The position numbers and the translations under genes are program-made. Positions 22,765-33,142 of a stretch of DNA of 64,000 nt are shown in pieces. The stretch spans positions 64,001 to 128,000 of the forward strand of contig OY968769.1 of assembly GCA_963695345.1 (NCBI GenBank), written 5' to 3'. This DNA comes from an uncultured Methanomassiliicoccales archaeon. Lineage in GTDB: Archaea; Thermoplasmatota; Thermoplasmata; Methanomassiliicoccales; UBA472. Within the stretch, counting starts at the first letter, position 1. Each line of letters begins with the position of its first letter. The notes under the pieces are model-generated. The model had not been told where the DNA came from and made no database searches. It worked only from the letters and a program-made list of their open reading frames with translations.

Positions 22765-23428
22765 TCAATAGATGCCCAGCGCGTCCTCGACACGGCCCAG
22801 TTCGATCGGCGTGCTCCTGAATCCGACCGCGCCCCCTTTCGAGTTCGCGACGATGCAGGCGCCCACCATTCCCGAACCGTAGTTCAGGGTGCCGATGGCC
22901 GGCTTGACCTTGAGGACCGAGCTGCAGCACCTCGAACTCCGCCTTGGTGGATTCGGGGTGGCACAGCATGCCCTTGTTGGTCGCGCAGCACATCGAACCG
23001 ACGATGTTCTGCCCGGCGATGGTGCCGGGAACGACCTCCACCTGGAGTGTCTCCGCGATGGCGCGAGTACAGCGCCGGGTCGATCTCCGGGTTGATCAGC
23101 GCGCCCTTGTCGTTGGCCAGGATGTTGTTGCCGGCGGCGTTGTAGCGGTCGTCCAGCCTGTAGACGGTCAGGTGCTTCGAGAGATTCTCGATCTCGACTT
23201 CGGAGGCCATCGACGCCACCATCGGCACCGTACGAGTTCATCGCTACCAGCGCACCGATCAGGTTGGTGTTGGCTATCGTTCGTCTTGATGCATTTGACC
23301 TGGAGCGCCGTCTCCATGTCGTTGACCAGGGTGTCGGACGAGTCGACCGGTATTAAAGAAATGTTCTCGTTGGCGCAGGAAAATACGCCAACGTATTGGT
23401 TTCCGTTATAGCTCGACAGGTTTAACAT
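22765..23428 (-). CDS. eif6: Translation initiation factor aIF6; several apparent frameshifts
   Basis: Fragments GNQYVGVF, GNNILANDKGALINP, GTIAG..VGS, GTLNYGS, TPIELGRVEDAL; follows eL31. Confidence 0.88.
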
Positions 23429-23441
23429 GAATTTCCGAGCT

Positions 23442-23714
23442 TCACTGTTCCGGGAGAGAGACCTCTACCAGCCCATCCTCGAACTTTACCGCCTTGACGA
23501 TGATCTTCGACGGTGGTTTTTGGATGCTCCGGCTCCAGATCGCTTCGTTGACCTTTGTGTCGATCCAGACGTTGCTCTCATCGGTCTTCATGTGCCTCAT
23601 TATGTATGTCCTGATCTCAATGATGGCACGGTTCGCCCTCTGTGTGTAGGGAACGATCTTCATCTTCCTCAACGGGATGGTGAAGACAACCTCTTTCTCG
23701 CTTGCTTCTGCCAT
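23442..23714 (-). CDS. rpl31e: 50S ribosomal protein L31e
   Basis: FTIPLR, RANRAI, VNEAIWSRSIQKPPSKI. Confidence 0.93.
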   Translation of the reverse strand: MAEASEKEVVFTIPLRKMKIVPYTQRANRAIIEIRTYIMRHMKTDESNVWIDTKVNEAIWSRSIQKPPSKIIVKAVKFEDGLVEVSLPEQ

Positions 23715-23721
23715 GTTGTCC

Positions 23722-23877
23722 CTACTCCTTTATCTTGCTGTATCTCCAAGACCTGCGCTTCGGGTGCCGGAGGAAAGTCCTGTTCGTTCGAAGCATGACC
23801 CAGGCAGGAACCCTCCTGTTCTGGTTCACCTTCTTCATGAGCCTAATCTTCATTGCGCACGGTTTACTGTGTGACAT
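23722..23877 (-). CDS. rpl39e: 50S ribosomal protein L39e (not in the ORF track)
   Basis: Manual translation [51 protein letters not shown]. Confidence 0.93.
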   Translation of the reverse strand: MSHSKPCAMKIRLMKKVNQNRRVPAWVMLRTNRTFLRHPKRRSWRYSKIKE

Positions 23878-23878
23878 T

Positions 23879-24217
23879 TCAAACCCTCTCAATAGTGATA
23901 TCCCTTTTTTGGGGGGCTACCTTTCTCAGTATCGATTTTAGAGTCGGTTCATCGATCTGGCGGCTTATCTGACCCGCCTGGACCAAACGTATCAGCTGGT
24001 CCTCGACCGCGCGGGCGACGTCAGGGTAGGCCATCTTTACCGTTGCGAGCCTGTCCCTGGCCTCGGGTGTTAGGATCTGCCGCATGATCGCCGCCTTCTG
24101 ATCGTCGATCTGCTTCTGCTGGTCCTGCACCGCCGCCTGCTGGTCACGCTGCCTCTGCAACTCTGCCATCTTCCGCCGGCGTAGCTCCTCGAGTTCAGCG
24201 TCTTCCATCGATGTCAC
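23879..24217 (-). CDS. PDCD5-like DNA-binding protein
   Basis: [26 protein letters not shown], conserved position after rps19e. Confidence 0.9.
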   Translation of the reverse strand: MTSMEDAELEELRRRKMAELQRQRDQQAAVQDQQKQIDDQKAAIMRQILTPEARDRLATVKMAYPDVARAVEDQLIRLVQAGQISRQIDEPTLKSILRKVAPQKRDITIERV

Positions 24218-24220
24218 CCC

Positions 24221-24649
24221 TCACTGCTTGATACTGTCAGCCACTTCCTTGGCCACGCTGTCCAGCAGCGCTTGTCCCTTCGCAGACACGACCCTTCCGT
24301 TGTTCTTGTCCTTCTGGATAAGACCGGAGGATTCCAGCTGCATCAGGCATTTTCGTGCAATAGACCTGCTACCCTTCACTGCATGGTTTGGTCGGGAGCC
24401 ACGGTCAGCAAACCCGCCGTACTCGGCGGATAATCTTGAAGTCCCGATCGGTCCCTTAATGTAGACCTTTCTTAGGACGGATGCTGCTCTAGTGTACCAC
24501 CAATCAACTTGCAAGGGCGCCTTTTCAGTATGCCTTCCGGTCTTAACGAAGTCAGCCCACTCAGGAGGCGCGATCGTGTTGATCTCCTTGAGCTTGATTG
24601 CTGTCTTCTCGATCAGCTTGTCGGAAGGTACGTCATATACCGTTACCAT
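24221..24649 (-). CDS. rps19e: 30S ribosomal protein S19e
   Basis: TVYDVP, PEWADFVKTG, WWYTRAASVLRK. Confidence 0.95.
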   Translation of the reverse strand: MVTVYDVPSDKLIEKTAIKLKEINTIAPPEWADFVKTGRHTEKAPLQVDWWYTRAASVLRKVYIKGPIGTSRLSAEYGGFADRGSRPNHAVKGSRSIARKCLMQLESSGLIQKDKNNGRVVSAKGQALLDSVAKEVADSIKQ

Positions 24650-24809
24650 TTTTTCTACCTTCTTTGGCGAGCGTTGGCTCGATGGCCTAGACTGCGCCGG
24701 ACGCCACTAATAAGATGAACATATAAATAGTCTTTCCCGCCCGCTGGACGTATGGCCAACGTCCGCCCCCCGCATAGGATAAAATACGGTTTACTCCCTT
24801 TGGAGCACC

Positions 24810-25352
24810 GTGAGATACGTCATTGCCGTGACCGGGGCGTCGGGCATCGCCTATGGGCTCAGGCTACTTGAATGCATCGAGGGAGAGAAGGTACTGGTGC
24901 TCTCCGAGATGGGCAAGCGGGTGCTGGTCGAGGAGACCGGCCAGAAGATCTATGACGTGGAGCGCAAGGCCACGGTGGTCTACGGCGATGAGGACCTGTT
25001 CGCCCCCATTGCGTCCGGTAGTTACAAGCATGACGGGATGATAATCTGCCCCTGTTCGGAATCGACCATGGGCAAGATCGCCTCGGGGATCGCCGATACG
25101 TTGATCACAAGGGCGGCGGCGGTCGCCATGAAGGAAGGCCGGAAGCTGATCATCGTGCCCCGCGAAACACCGCTGAGCACCATCATGATCGAGAACGAGC
25201 TCAAACTGGCGAGAGCGGGGGCGATCATCCTGCCGGCGTCGCCTGGATTCTACAGCAAGCCGACCACCGTCGCCGAGATGGTCGATTTCGTCGTCGGCAA
25301 GATTCTGGACCAGCTGGGGCAGAAGAACGAACTGTTCCACCGTTGGGGATGA
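24810..25352 (+). CDS. ubiX: Flavin prenyltransferase UbiX
   Basis: TGASG, ASGS, PCS, VPRETP, PASPGFY. Confidence 0.9.
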   Translation: MRYVIAVTGASGIAYGLRLLECIEGEKVLVLSEMGKRVLVEETGQKIYDVERKATVVYGDEDLFAPIASGSYKHDGMIICPCSESTMGKIASGIADTLITRAAAVAMKEGRKLIIVPRETPLSTIMIENELKLARAGAIILPASPGFYSKPTTVAEMVDFVVGKILDQLGQKNELFHRWG

Positions 25353-26002
25353 AGGGCGAGTCGCCGTCCGAAGACATAGCATCCGTTCCCGGCAATCAAT
25401 AGTCATGATAGGTCATACTCAGGTTCATGAGTGGCGGATAATTATCGTGGAGAGAGGCTCGTTGATCGGTCTGATGGGACCGATCCGAATGCGGTCAGAT
25501 TTGAGAGATGTATGCCAAGATAGTGCTCCGTCCTGATCATTCTGGATGTCGTCATTGCAGGATGTTATTTCCTGATCTATGCGATTCAATTGGCCGTTGA
25601 CTGCAAGTCTAACGCTGTTCATTTTCATTTTATCGACTGTCGGGGCCTATTTTGTTATAAGATCTAAGTGCAGCTGGATCGGGAAAATCCAGGCTTTCGT
25701 TCTACACGAATGGTGATCTACTTCCATCCAGTTCATTGACTACAAGATTGGGTAGGAGGAACTTTCATCGAGAAGGAAGATGATCAAGCACATTAAATTG
25801 GAAGGCAAGACTGGAAAAGTAGTCAAGATCTTTCTTGAGCCTGGTCCTTGTTAATGGTCGGAGTCAATATATCGGCGCTCCGAGGGATGCCCGAAGATTA
25901 TCCGACAAGAGAGCGCTTTCAAGGGACCTGGCTTCGAGCTCTAGGAACGTTCCGGTATGTCTGAAGTCGGACGATAGAATGAATGAATTCTTCAATCGCC
26001 GC

Positions 26003-28887
26003 TCACTCGATGTAGATCGCCGGGCGTTTCGGCTGGGCGTGCCGGGCCTTGTTCATCGGGTCCTCCTTTCCGGCGTCGTCCGCCGAGAACACCGATACCT
26101 GGCATCCGAGCTCCGCTCCCAGGAAACCGACCACGCCGGACAGGTAGGCATACTCGTCTATCGCTGTCTCCAGCTTCTCGATCTCGATGCCGGTACGCTT
26201 CATCAGCTCCTCGGCCAGCTTGCGGGCGTAGTCCGGCGCCTCCTTCCCGTAACTGCTTGATCTCCTCGTCCGCCATCGCCGCCTTGGTCAGGGTCGGGAT
26301 CTTCAGCTCGCCCTTCTTGTGCAGCTCCACCGCCATCCGGTAGACCTTGAACTTCCAGGCGGGGGACGTGTAGAGTATGATGCGCTTGGGGCTGATCTTC
26401 GTCACCCTGATGATGTTGTTGGTATCGTCCATCACCTCGCGCAGATAGTCCTCGGCCAGCTCGGCCGCCAGGGCGGAATGGGCCGCTTCCGGTTTGGGGT
26501 ATGATTCGGAGGAGACCAGGTTCGTGTTGCCCAGCGCCGACCACAGTTCCTCGGCCATGTGCGGGGTGATCGGCGTCATCATCCTGATCCAGGTGTCCAG
26601 CGCCTGGCGGACCGCCCTGCCGTTGTTGCCGCCCCGCCGGGCGTACCAGCGGAAATCGTTGGGGGTCTCGAAATAGACCTCGTTGGACATGACCCGGAGG
26701 TCGAACTCGTCCATCGCCTCGGTGACCTTGGCGACGCGGGACGACATGCGCGAGAGGAGCCACTGGTCGATGCCCGACAGATCCCCGGACTCGGTGATGC
26801 CAGCGTTCTCGGTGACCGTCCTCGTGATGCGGTCCAGCCGGGAGACGTAGTTCTCCAGTGATCTCCTCGTCCCATTCGACGTCGGCGAACGGCGAGGCGA
26901 TGTGCGCATAGTACAGCCTCAGTGAATCGACGCCGTACTTCTCCGCGGCACCGGGAATGGGCTGCGCTCCGCCCTTGGACTTGGATATCTTGCCCGCCTT
27001 GCCGATGACGTACCAGTTGACGAAGATGCCCCTCGGCCACTTCTCCTTCGGCAGGATGGCCACGTGGTTCATCAGGAACGCCGGGAAGTGCACGGTCATG
27101 TGCTCCTTGCCGCCCAGGTTCAGGTCCAGCGGATACCAGTAGTCGACGTCGGCCCGGATGTGGTCCAGCAGCGAGGATGGGACGCCGGTCTCGTTGGCGA
27201 CGGACGCGCTCTCTCCTTTGCCCAGGATGACGTAGTCGAAGAACGCCTCGGTCATCTGCTCCGCCCTGATCTCGCCGGAGTTCACGTACTTGGATATCAG
27301 ATAGTATACCGGATAGAGCGTCGAATCGGATATCGCCTCGATGATCCACTTCTCGTCGAACGGGAACTTCGTGCCCAGCCAGTTGCCCTGACGGACGCAG
27401 GCCCGCTCCCGGAACCAGTCCAGCACCGGCTGCACGTTGGTGTAATAGTCGTTTGGAAGGATGTGCATCGACTTGCAGTGCTCCTTGGTCATGTCGGTGA
27501 ACTTCTGGTTGGCGTAGTCGATGAACCACTGGTCGGTCACCTTCTTGATCAGCACCGGCTGGCCGCAGCGGCAGACGACGTCCTCGGACAGGTCATAGAA
27601 CAGCGCCCCCTCGTTGGCGGACAGCATCTCCTGCTTCATCAGGTCCTTGGCCTGCACCACTGACATGCCGGAGAACTTGCCGCAGTTCTGGTTCATCCGG
27701 CCCTGGTGGAAGCCCTCCTTGTAGACGGTCTTCTTCGCCTCCTCCAGACGCGGATCGCCGGTCTGGGTGATGCCCAGCTTCTCGATGATCTCGATGGCGG
27801 GCATCGGCCCCCAGCCCTTGGTCTCGATGATGGCGATGGGCTTGATGCCCTTGACCATGGACGGCTCGAGCGCGTACTTCGCGATCATCTCGTCGTCCTC
27901 CTGGATGGTCTTCAGCGCCATCCAGTCGTCCGGCGCGTCGGACGGCACGGAAACCACCAGGCCGGTACCGACGTTCGGATCGCAGAACGTCGCCGGCAGC
28001 GCCGGTATCTCGCGGTGGGTCATCGGCGTAGTGCAGTTCATGCCGACGATCTCGGCGCCCGGTATCTTGCCGATGACCGTGACGTCGTCCATCTGGTACT
28101 TCATCTTCTCGGCGGCCGGGGCGCTCACCACCCAGATCTCGCCGGCATGCTTGACCTTGACGTACTCGACGTCCGGGTTCACCCAGAAGTTGGTCTGGCC
28201 GAATACGGTCTCCGGACGCAGCGTCGCGGCCACCAGGAACATGTCGCCGACGCGGAACTTCATCAGCGTGTACTCGGTGGTCTCGGCGCCCCCGCCGCAC
28301 ATGATGTCCGTTTCCGACGCGTCGATCGCCACCGGACCGCAGTTGACGCAGGCCGGGGCGAAGTACGGTTTCTGGATCAGCAGCCCCTGCTCCATGAGCT
28401 TGCGGAACTGCCACTGTATGAACTTGCCGTAGTCCGGGAAAATGGTGCAGGTGAACCTTCTCCAGTCGGACAGGAACCCGAACCTCTTCCAGTACTGGTT
28501 CACGTAGACGTCGTTGAAGAACTCCACCACCTTCCGGGGTTCGGTGAGCGTCTCCAGCACATCCTCCGGGCAGCCGTTCCGGAGCATGTACTCGACCATG
28601 TTCTGGTCCTTCTTCCTTATCCGGGTGGCCAGGCCGACCGCCCCGTTGCCGGTGGCGTGCGTGCCGACCGGGAAGAGCACGTTGAAGCCCTGCATCCGCT
28701 TGAACCGGGAGAAGGCGTCGACGTAGGAAAAGCCGCGCATGTGTCCGACATGGAGGTAGCCAGTGACGCCCGGGTAGGCGAAAATGATCATGAACTTGGG
28801 GCGGGAATCCCTCTCCGACTCATTGATTCGTTCGGAGTACCATCTCTCTTGCCATTTTGCCTCGATCTCCGACGTCCGGTTGGTCAT
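26003..28887 (-). CDS. leuS: Leucine--tRNA ligase (archaeal type); apparent frameshifts near 26858 and 26250
   Basis: HVGH, ATLRPET, SVPSDAPDD, KISKSKG, C-terminal PKRPAIYIE. Confidence 0.93.
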
Positions 28888-29201
28888 CAGTGCACCCACA
28901 TCGTCATTGCGAGTGCGGGTTATCGGGGTTTGGTCTTAATAGGATTTTGGATGGGGGCGGACTGGGGAAGATGAGGATATATTGGATTCCTTTCAGAAAG
29001 CCCCACAGTAGCTACCAGCCGACAAATGAGGCGCAGCGACGGAACGTGTCCGCCCATCGACCGGTCAATCGAATGTCCCATTTCCATTAGACCCGTCATC
29101 GGACCATGTTCATTCATAGGGCAAAATAAATAATAGGCCCAATTGCATATAGGTAATGAAGCTCGCCGATCAGATTGTATGCTAGTCGGGTTGGAATCGG
29201 T

Positions 29202-29304
29202 ATGACATTGTCATCCGGATGCCTGGCTCGTAAAATTGGCATACTTAATGTGACTTTCTGAGACTTAGGGAGCTAGTATTTTATAATGGATAAGACAATG
29301 TCAT
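29202..29304. promoter_or_regulatory. Two GACA-W-TGTC palindromes and a TATA box upstream of the RHH-ftsZ operon
   Basis: ATGACATTGTCAT at 29202-29214, TTTATAA at about 29280, AAGACAATGTCAT at 29292-29304. Confidence 0.55.
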
Positions 29305-29311
29305 ATTACTC

Positions 29312-29713
29312 GTGGCGACAATGAAGGCCAACACAAATGATGGGGAAAGAATAACTCTCAGGCTTGAGCCGGAGGACCTTACGCTCATCGATGAATATCT
29401 CGATGGGCACCCGGAGTTCTCGAGCCGGTCACATTTGGCAAGAATCGCCATCCGCTCAATGATCGTGGAGGACGATAGAGCGGAGGAGACGGTTGAAACG
29501 TCTCCAAAGAGGAACACGATCACGGTCGAGATCCCAACGGCCATCTTCGCGGTCATGGAGGACAGCATAAGACGGGGCGAATACACGTCCTTCCAGACCG
29601 TCATCGAAGAACTGGTCAGGGGAAGATTCCTGTCGAGGGAAGTGAGCACGGCGCTCAACGCCGAGGTGCAACAGCGCTCTGCGAAGACTCTCGACGTCAT
29701 GTGGACCGATTAA
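29312..29713 (+). CDS. Ribbon-helix-helix (CopG/CdrS-like) regulator with two RHH-like halves
   Basis: ERITLRL..LIDEYL..EFSSRSHLARIAIR and a second TITVEIP..GEY unit; lies upstream of ftsZ. Confidence 0.75.
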   Translation: MATMKANTNDGERITLRLEPEDLTLIDEYLDGHPEFSSRSHLARIAIRSMIVEDDRAEETVETSPKRNTITVEIPTAIFAVMEDSIRRGEYTSFQTVIEELVRGRFLSREVSTALNAEVQQRSAKTLDVMWTD

Positions 29714-29828
29714 GGAAAAAGGTAGCACAAGGGTAGCTTGTGGAAGGGATGGGATGCACTACCTTGCAGAGCGAAAGCTCTGCAAGGAACAACCTGGATT
29801 AGGGGTTCAGGGTTCGGGATGGGGTATA

Positions 29829-30689
29829 ATGGAAACCGGGGCAATAGAGCAAACAGTCAGGACCGAGCAGCTCATGGAGGTGCTCGAGCGGGGCATGATG
29901 AACCCTAAGATCGGAGTCATCGGTCTAGGGGGAGCTGGGAACAACATCGTGAACAACATTTACGATGGCTGCAAGGGCAACGTCCAGATCATAGCGATCA
30001 ACACGGACGAGAAGGCCCTGCAAGGGATCAGGGCGCACAAGAAGCTGCTCATCGGCAAGGACGTCACCCAGGGGAAGGGGGCCAACGGGTTCCCGGAGGT
30101 GGGAGAGTACTGTGCCGAATGTGCAAAGGATGCGATCAAGGAGTCGATGAAGGACAGGGACGTAGTGTTCATCATCGCCGGAATGGGAGGCGGTACCGGC
30201 ACTGGCACCGCACCGGTAGTGGCCCGGATCGCAAAGGAGCTGCGCACCATTACCTTCGTCATAGCGATCAACCCGTTCTCGTTCGAGGGCGGGAGAAGGG
30301 AGAAGGCAAAGGAAGGGCTCATCAAGCTGAAGGGCGTCGCGGAGACCACGGTCATTGTGGACAATGACAAACTGCTGGCCATGGCGGAGAACATGCCGAT
30401 CGGAAAGGCATTCGCCATCATCGACAGGAATGTGGTGAAGATCATCGATTCCTTTTGCAGCCAAGTGAACAACCAGTTCGTCAGCCACCTGACCAAGGAG
30501 GTCAACGAGTGGATGGCCGGCAGGAACCAGGAGCCGGTAGCGGCACCGGCCCCGGCCAGGGCGAAACTGCCCGAGATCACGGTATCTCAAGCGGCCCACC
30601 CTCTCCGGGGCGGAGGCCAAGCTGGATGGCGTGGCCAACATGGAAATGAACAACAGAGACCCGATGATACAGTGATCGTCGAGGCCTGA
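29829..30689 (+). CDS. ftsZ: FtsZ-family GTPase, N-terminal domain only
   Basis: IGLGGAGNN, AINTD, GMGGGTGTG, PFSFEG, DNDKL; no T7 loop or C-terminal domain visible. Confidence 0.8.
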   Translation: METGAIEQTVRTEQLMEVLERGMMNPKIGVIGLGGAGNNIVNNIYDGCKGNVQIIAINTDEKALQGIRAHKKLLIGKDVTQGKGANGFPEVGEYCAECAKDAIKESMKDRDVVFIIAGMGGGTGTGTAPVVARIAKELRTITFVIAINPFSFEGGRREKAKEGLIKLKGVAETTVIVDNDKLLAMAENMPIGKAFAIIDRNVVKIIDSFCSQVNNQFVSHLTKEVNEWMAGRNQEPVAAPAPARAKLPEITVSQAAHPLRGGGQAGWRGQHGNEQQRPDDTVIVEA

Positions 30690-30875
30690 TGACCCCAACT
30701 ACCGGTGCGGGCGGGTCCCGGTCCCGCCGCACCTTCAATTTTTTACAATTTCTAACATCTCCGACCTGATCCAATACGTTCTCTGTCATATTCGACCGTC
30801 TCAGTGATAGACCGGTCAGGGAATGTACGGCGACCACCCAAAGCCATATCATACCGGAAGTGCCCTGCCATCTCG

Positions 30876-31988
30876 ATGTTGGTAGGGCTGGTCATCAATC
30901 CGATCGCCGGTATGGGCGGTTCCGTAGGCCTCAAGGGGACGGACGGCAGGGACGTCTATCAGGAGGCGGTGCGGAGAGGCGCCCATGCCGATATCCGAGG
31001 AGCGTGCGGTCGCCGCCCTCCGGTCGGTACCTTCCTCACTGGATGTCCAATTCCTGACCGCCTCGGGCGATATGGGCGGAGAATGCCGCCACCCGGGCAG
31101 GCGTCGCCTTTCCAGAATGTCTATGATATGCCGGGGGAGACCTCTCCTTTCGAAACGATGGAAGCATGCGCCGAATTCGTTCGGAAAGGCGTCTCGCTGA
31201 TCGTCTTCTGCGGCGGGGACGGGACGGCCAGGGACGTGCTGGACGCGGTGGGCGACACGATGCCCATCGTCGGCATCCCGGCCGGGGTCAAGATGCATTC
31301 CGGTGTCTTCCTGAACTCGCCGTCGGGTCTGGGCCCGTTGCTCGAGCATTTCCTCATCGGCGACTATCCGACCGAGATGGCAGAGGTCGCCGATGTCGAC
31401 GAGTCGGCCGTTCGAGACGGACGGATCAGCGACCGGGTCTACGGCTATGCCCTTACCATAACGCGCCGAAGGACTGGTCCAACCGTCCAAGGGCGAGATC
31501 GCCGGCTCGACCGACGACGGAGGAAAAGGAGGAGATCGCCCAGTACTTCGTGGAGAACATGATGAAGGGACGTTCTCTACATCATCGGACCGGGCACGAC
31601 GACGAAGGCGATCGCCGATGAGATGGGCTGGACAAGACGCTGCTCGGAGTCGATGTCATACAGGATCGGAACAGTGGTCTGCAAGGATGCGAATGAAATG
31701 GCTGCTTGATCGACCTGCTCGGAGATGTCCTCGCGATCTCGAGATCGTGGTCACTCCGATCGGCAGGCAGGGATTCATCTTCGGCCGGGGGAACCAGCAG
31801 ATCAGCGCCGAAGGTGATCCGGAAGGTGGGCACGGACAGCATCCGGATAGTCGCCACACCGACCAAACTGAGAACCCTGAACAAGTTGAGGGTCGACACC
31901 GGGTGACCGGGAATTGGACGGACGGCTGAAAGGATTCCGCCGGGTCCTGGTCGGTTATGGCAGGGAACGATTGACGAAGGTGGAATGA
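30876..31988 (+). CDS. ATP-NAD kinase family protein; multiple apparent frameshifts
   Basis: NPIAGMGGSVGLKGTDG, GGDGTARD, GIPAGVKMHS, GPGTT, QGFIFGRGNQQIS. Confidence 0.82.
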
Positions 31989-32098
31989 GATCCGGATATG
32001 TCCCCATGATGATCTCCATAATCTTGAGCCTAGATTGACTCGCCCAATCCAGCGAATAATCGGTAAAGTGGATAACGAGGAACTGCATACCTGGACTA

Positions 32099-32536
32099 AT
32101 GGCGATTCTCAACGTACATTTCCGGGTCTTCTGTCATGCCACCGAGGACGAGGCTAAGGTGGTCCAGGCATTGAAGTTCGCCAGCGGCGCCGATGAACAG
32201 ACCAGGGAGGTGACCGAGGGCTATCATGGCAATCCGATCATCGTCCTCGAGGTTTTCATCAAGGAGAAACGCCGTTCCAAGGACTTCTTCTCCAGATTGA
32301 GCGCGGACGATCTTCAAGAGATCGCTGACTCCCTGGAGAAGCGGATGGACGACGACTGCAATCTCTATCTCCGCTTGGACAAGCAGGAAGCCTATCTCGG
32401 GAACCTGAAGATGACGACCAGCGATGATGCCATCGCTGTCAGGGCCAAGGTCGAGAGCTATCCGAAGAAGCTGGAGAACGCGATGAAGAGCGCCACCGAG
32501 TTCCTCGAATCATTGATTCAGTCCAAAAAAGGTTAA
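32099..32536 (+). CDS. RNA-binding domain protein (DUF54-like, predicted exosome-associated)
   Basis: HATEDEAKV, GYHGNPI, YLRLDKQEAY, KVESYP. Confidence 0.8.
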   Translation: MAILNVHFRVFCHATEDEAKVVQALKFASGADEQTREVTEGYHGNPIIVLEVFIKEKRRSKDFFSRLSADDLQEIADSLEKRMDDDCNLYLRLDKQEAYLGNLKMTTSDDAIAVRAKVESYPKKLENAMKSATEFLESLIQSKKG

Positions 32537-32566
32537 CTACGGGAAAGGCATCAACGGCCTCGCTAA

Positions 32567-32653
32567 GCAGGGGTAGTCAAGCTTGGCCAAAGACGTAGGA
32601 CTTAGGATCCTATTCCTAGCGATTCAAGGGTTCAAATCCCTTCCCCTGCACCA
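32567..32653 (+). tRNA. tRNA-Leu (anticodon TAG), CCA encoded
   Basis: GCAGGGG/CCCCTGC acceptor stem, TAGGA-CT-TAG-GA-TCCTA anticodon arm, long variable arm, GGTTCAAATCC T loop. Confidence 0.93.
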
Positions 32654-32776
32654 CGATTCTCACATACCGGCTAGGGGAAGAATTGGATTGTTTTATCTAA
32701 CATTGTTTAGATAATTGTACCCATCAGGCCCGCTTTCGATAGGACCTGGCATGACGAGCAGAGAAGGAGCCGGGTA

Positions 32777-33090
32777 ATGCTGTCCGAGAAGGAAATCAAC
32801 CTAGTCTTAGGTAAAGACCTAGTCGTAGGGAAGAAGAAGGAAGAGCTCAGCTTTAGGGATTGGCTGACGGTGAAAGGGTATTGCACCGTTGACGGTCAAG
32901 CACACCATCAGCTACGTCAACCATATGTTGCGGGAGAACAACACGCCCTTTCCTAAACGGGAGGACGCCGAGAAGATCGGGCTGAAGGTGCTGAACTCGG
33001 CGTATTCGAAGAGCTATCAGAAGCATTTGCTGACGGCATTGGAGTTGTATATGGAGTATGTCGGGTTTCCTATCAAGTTCAAGAAACTCT
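32777..33090 (+). pseudogene. Probable tyrosine-integrase N-terminal fragment
   Basis: MLSEKE..FRDWLTVKGY / ..KSYQKHLLTALELYMEYVGFPIKFKKL next to the tRNA, then an abrupt switch to AT-rich DNA; no catalytic R-H-R-Y part present. Confidence 0.5.
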
Positions 33091-33142
33091 GGGATCTAAT
33101 TATCGGTTTAACAAATATTAATACGATAGGACGAGCAGTTTA

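Noticed and set aside
25400-25990. Possible decayed membrane-protein gene between ubiX and leuS
   Set aside because: Hydrophobic stretches appear in shifting frames, but there is no consistent ORF or motif
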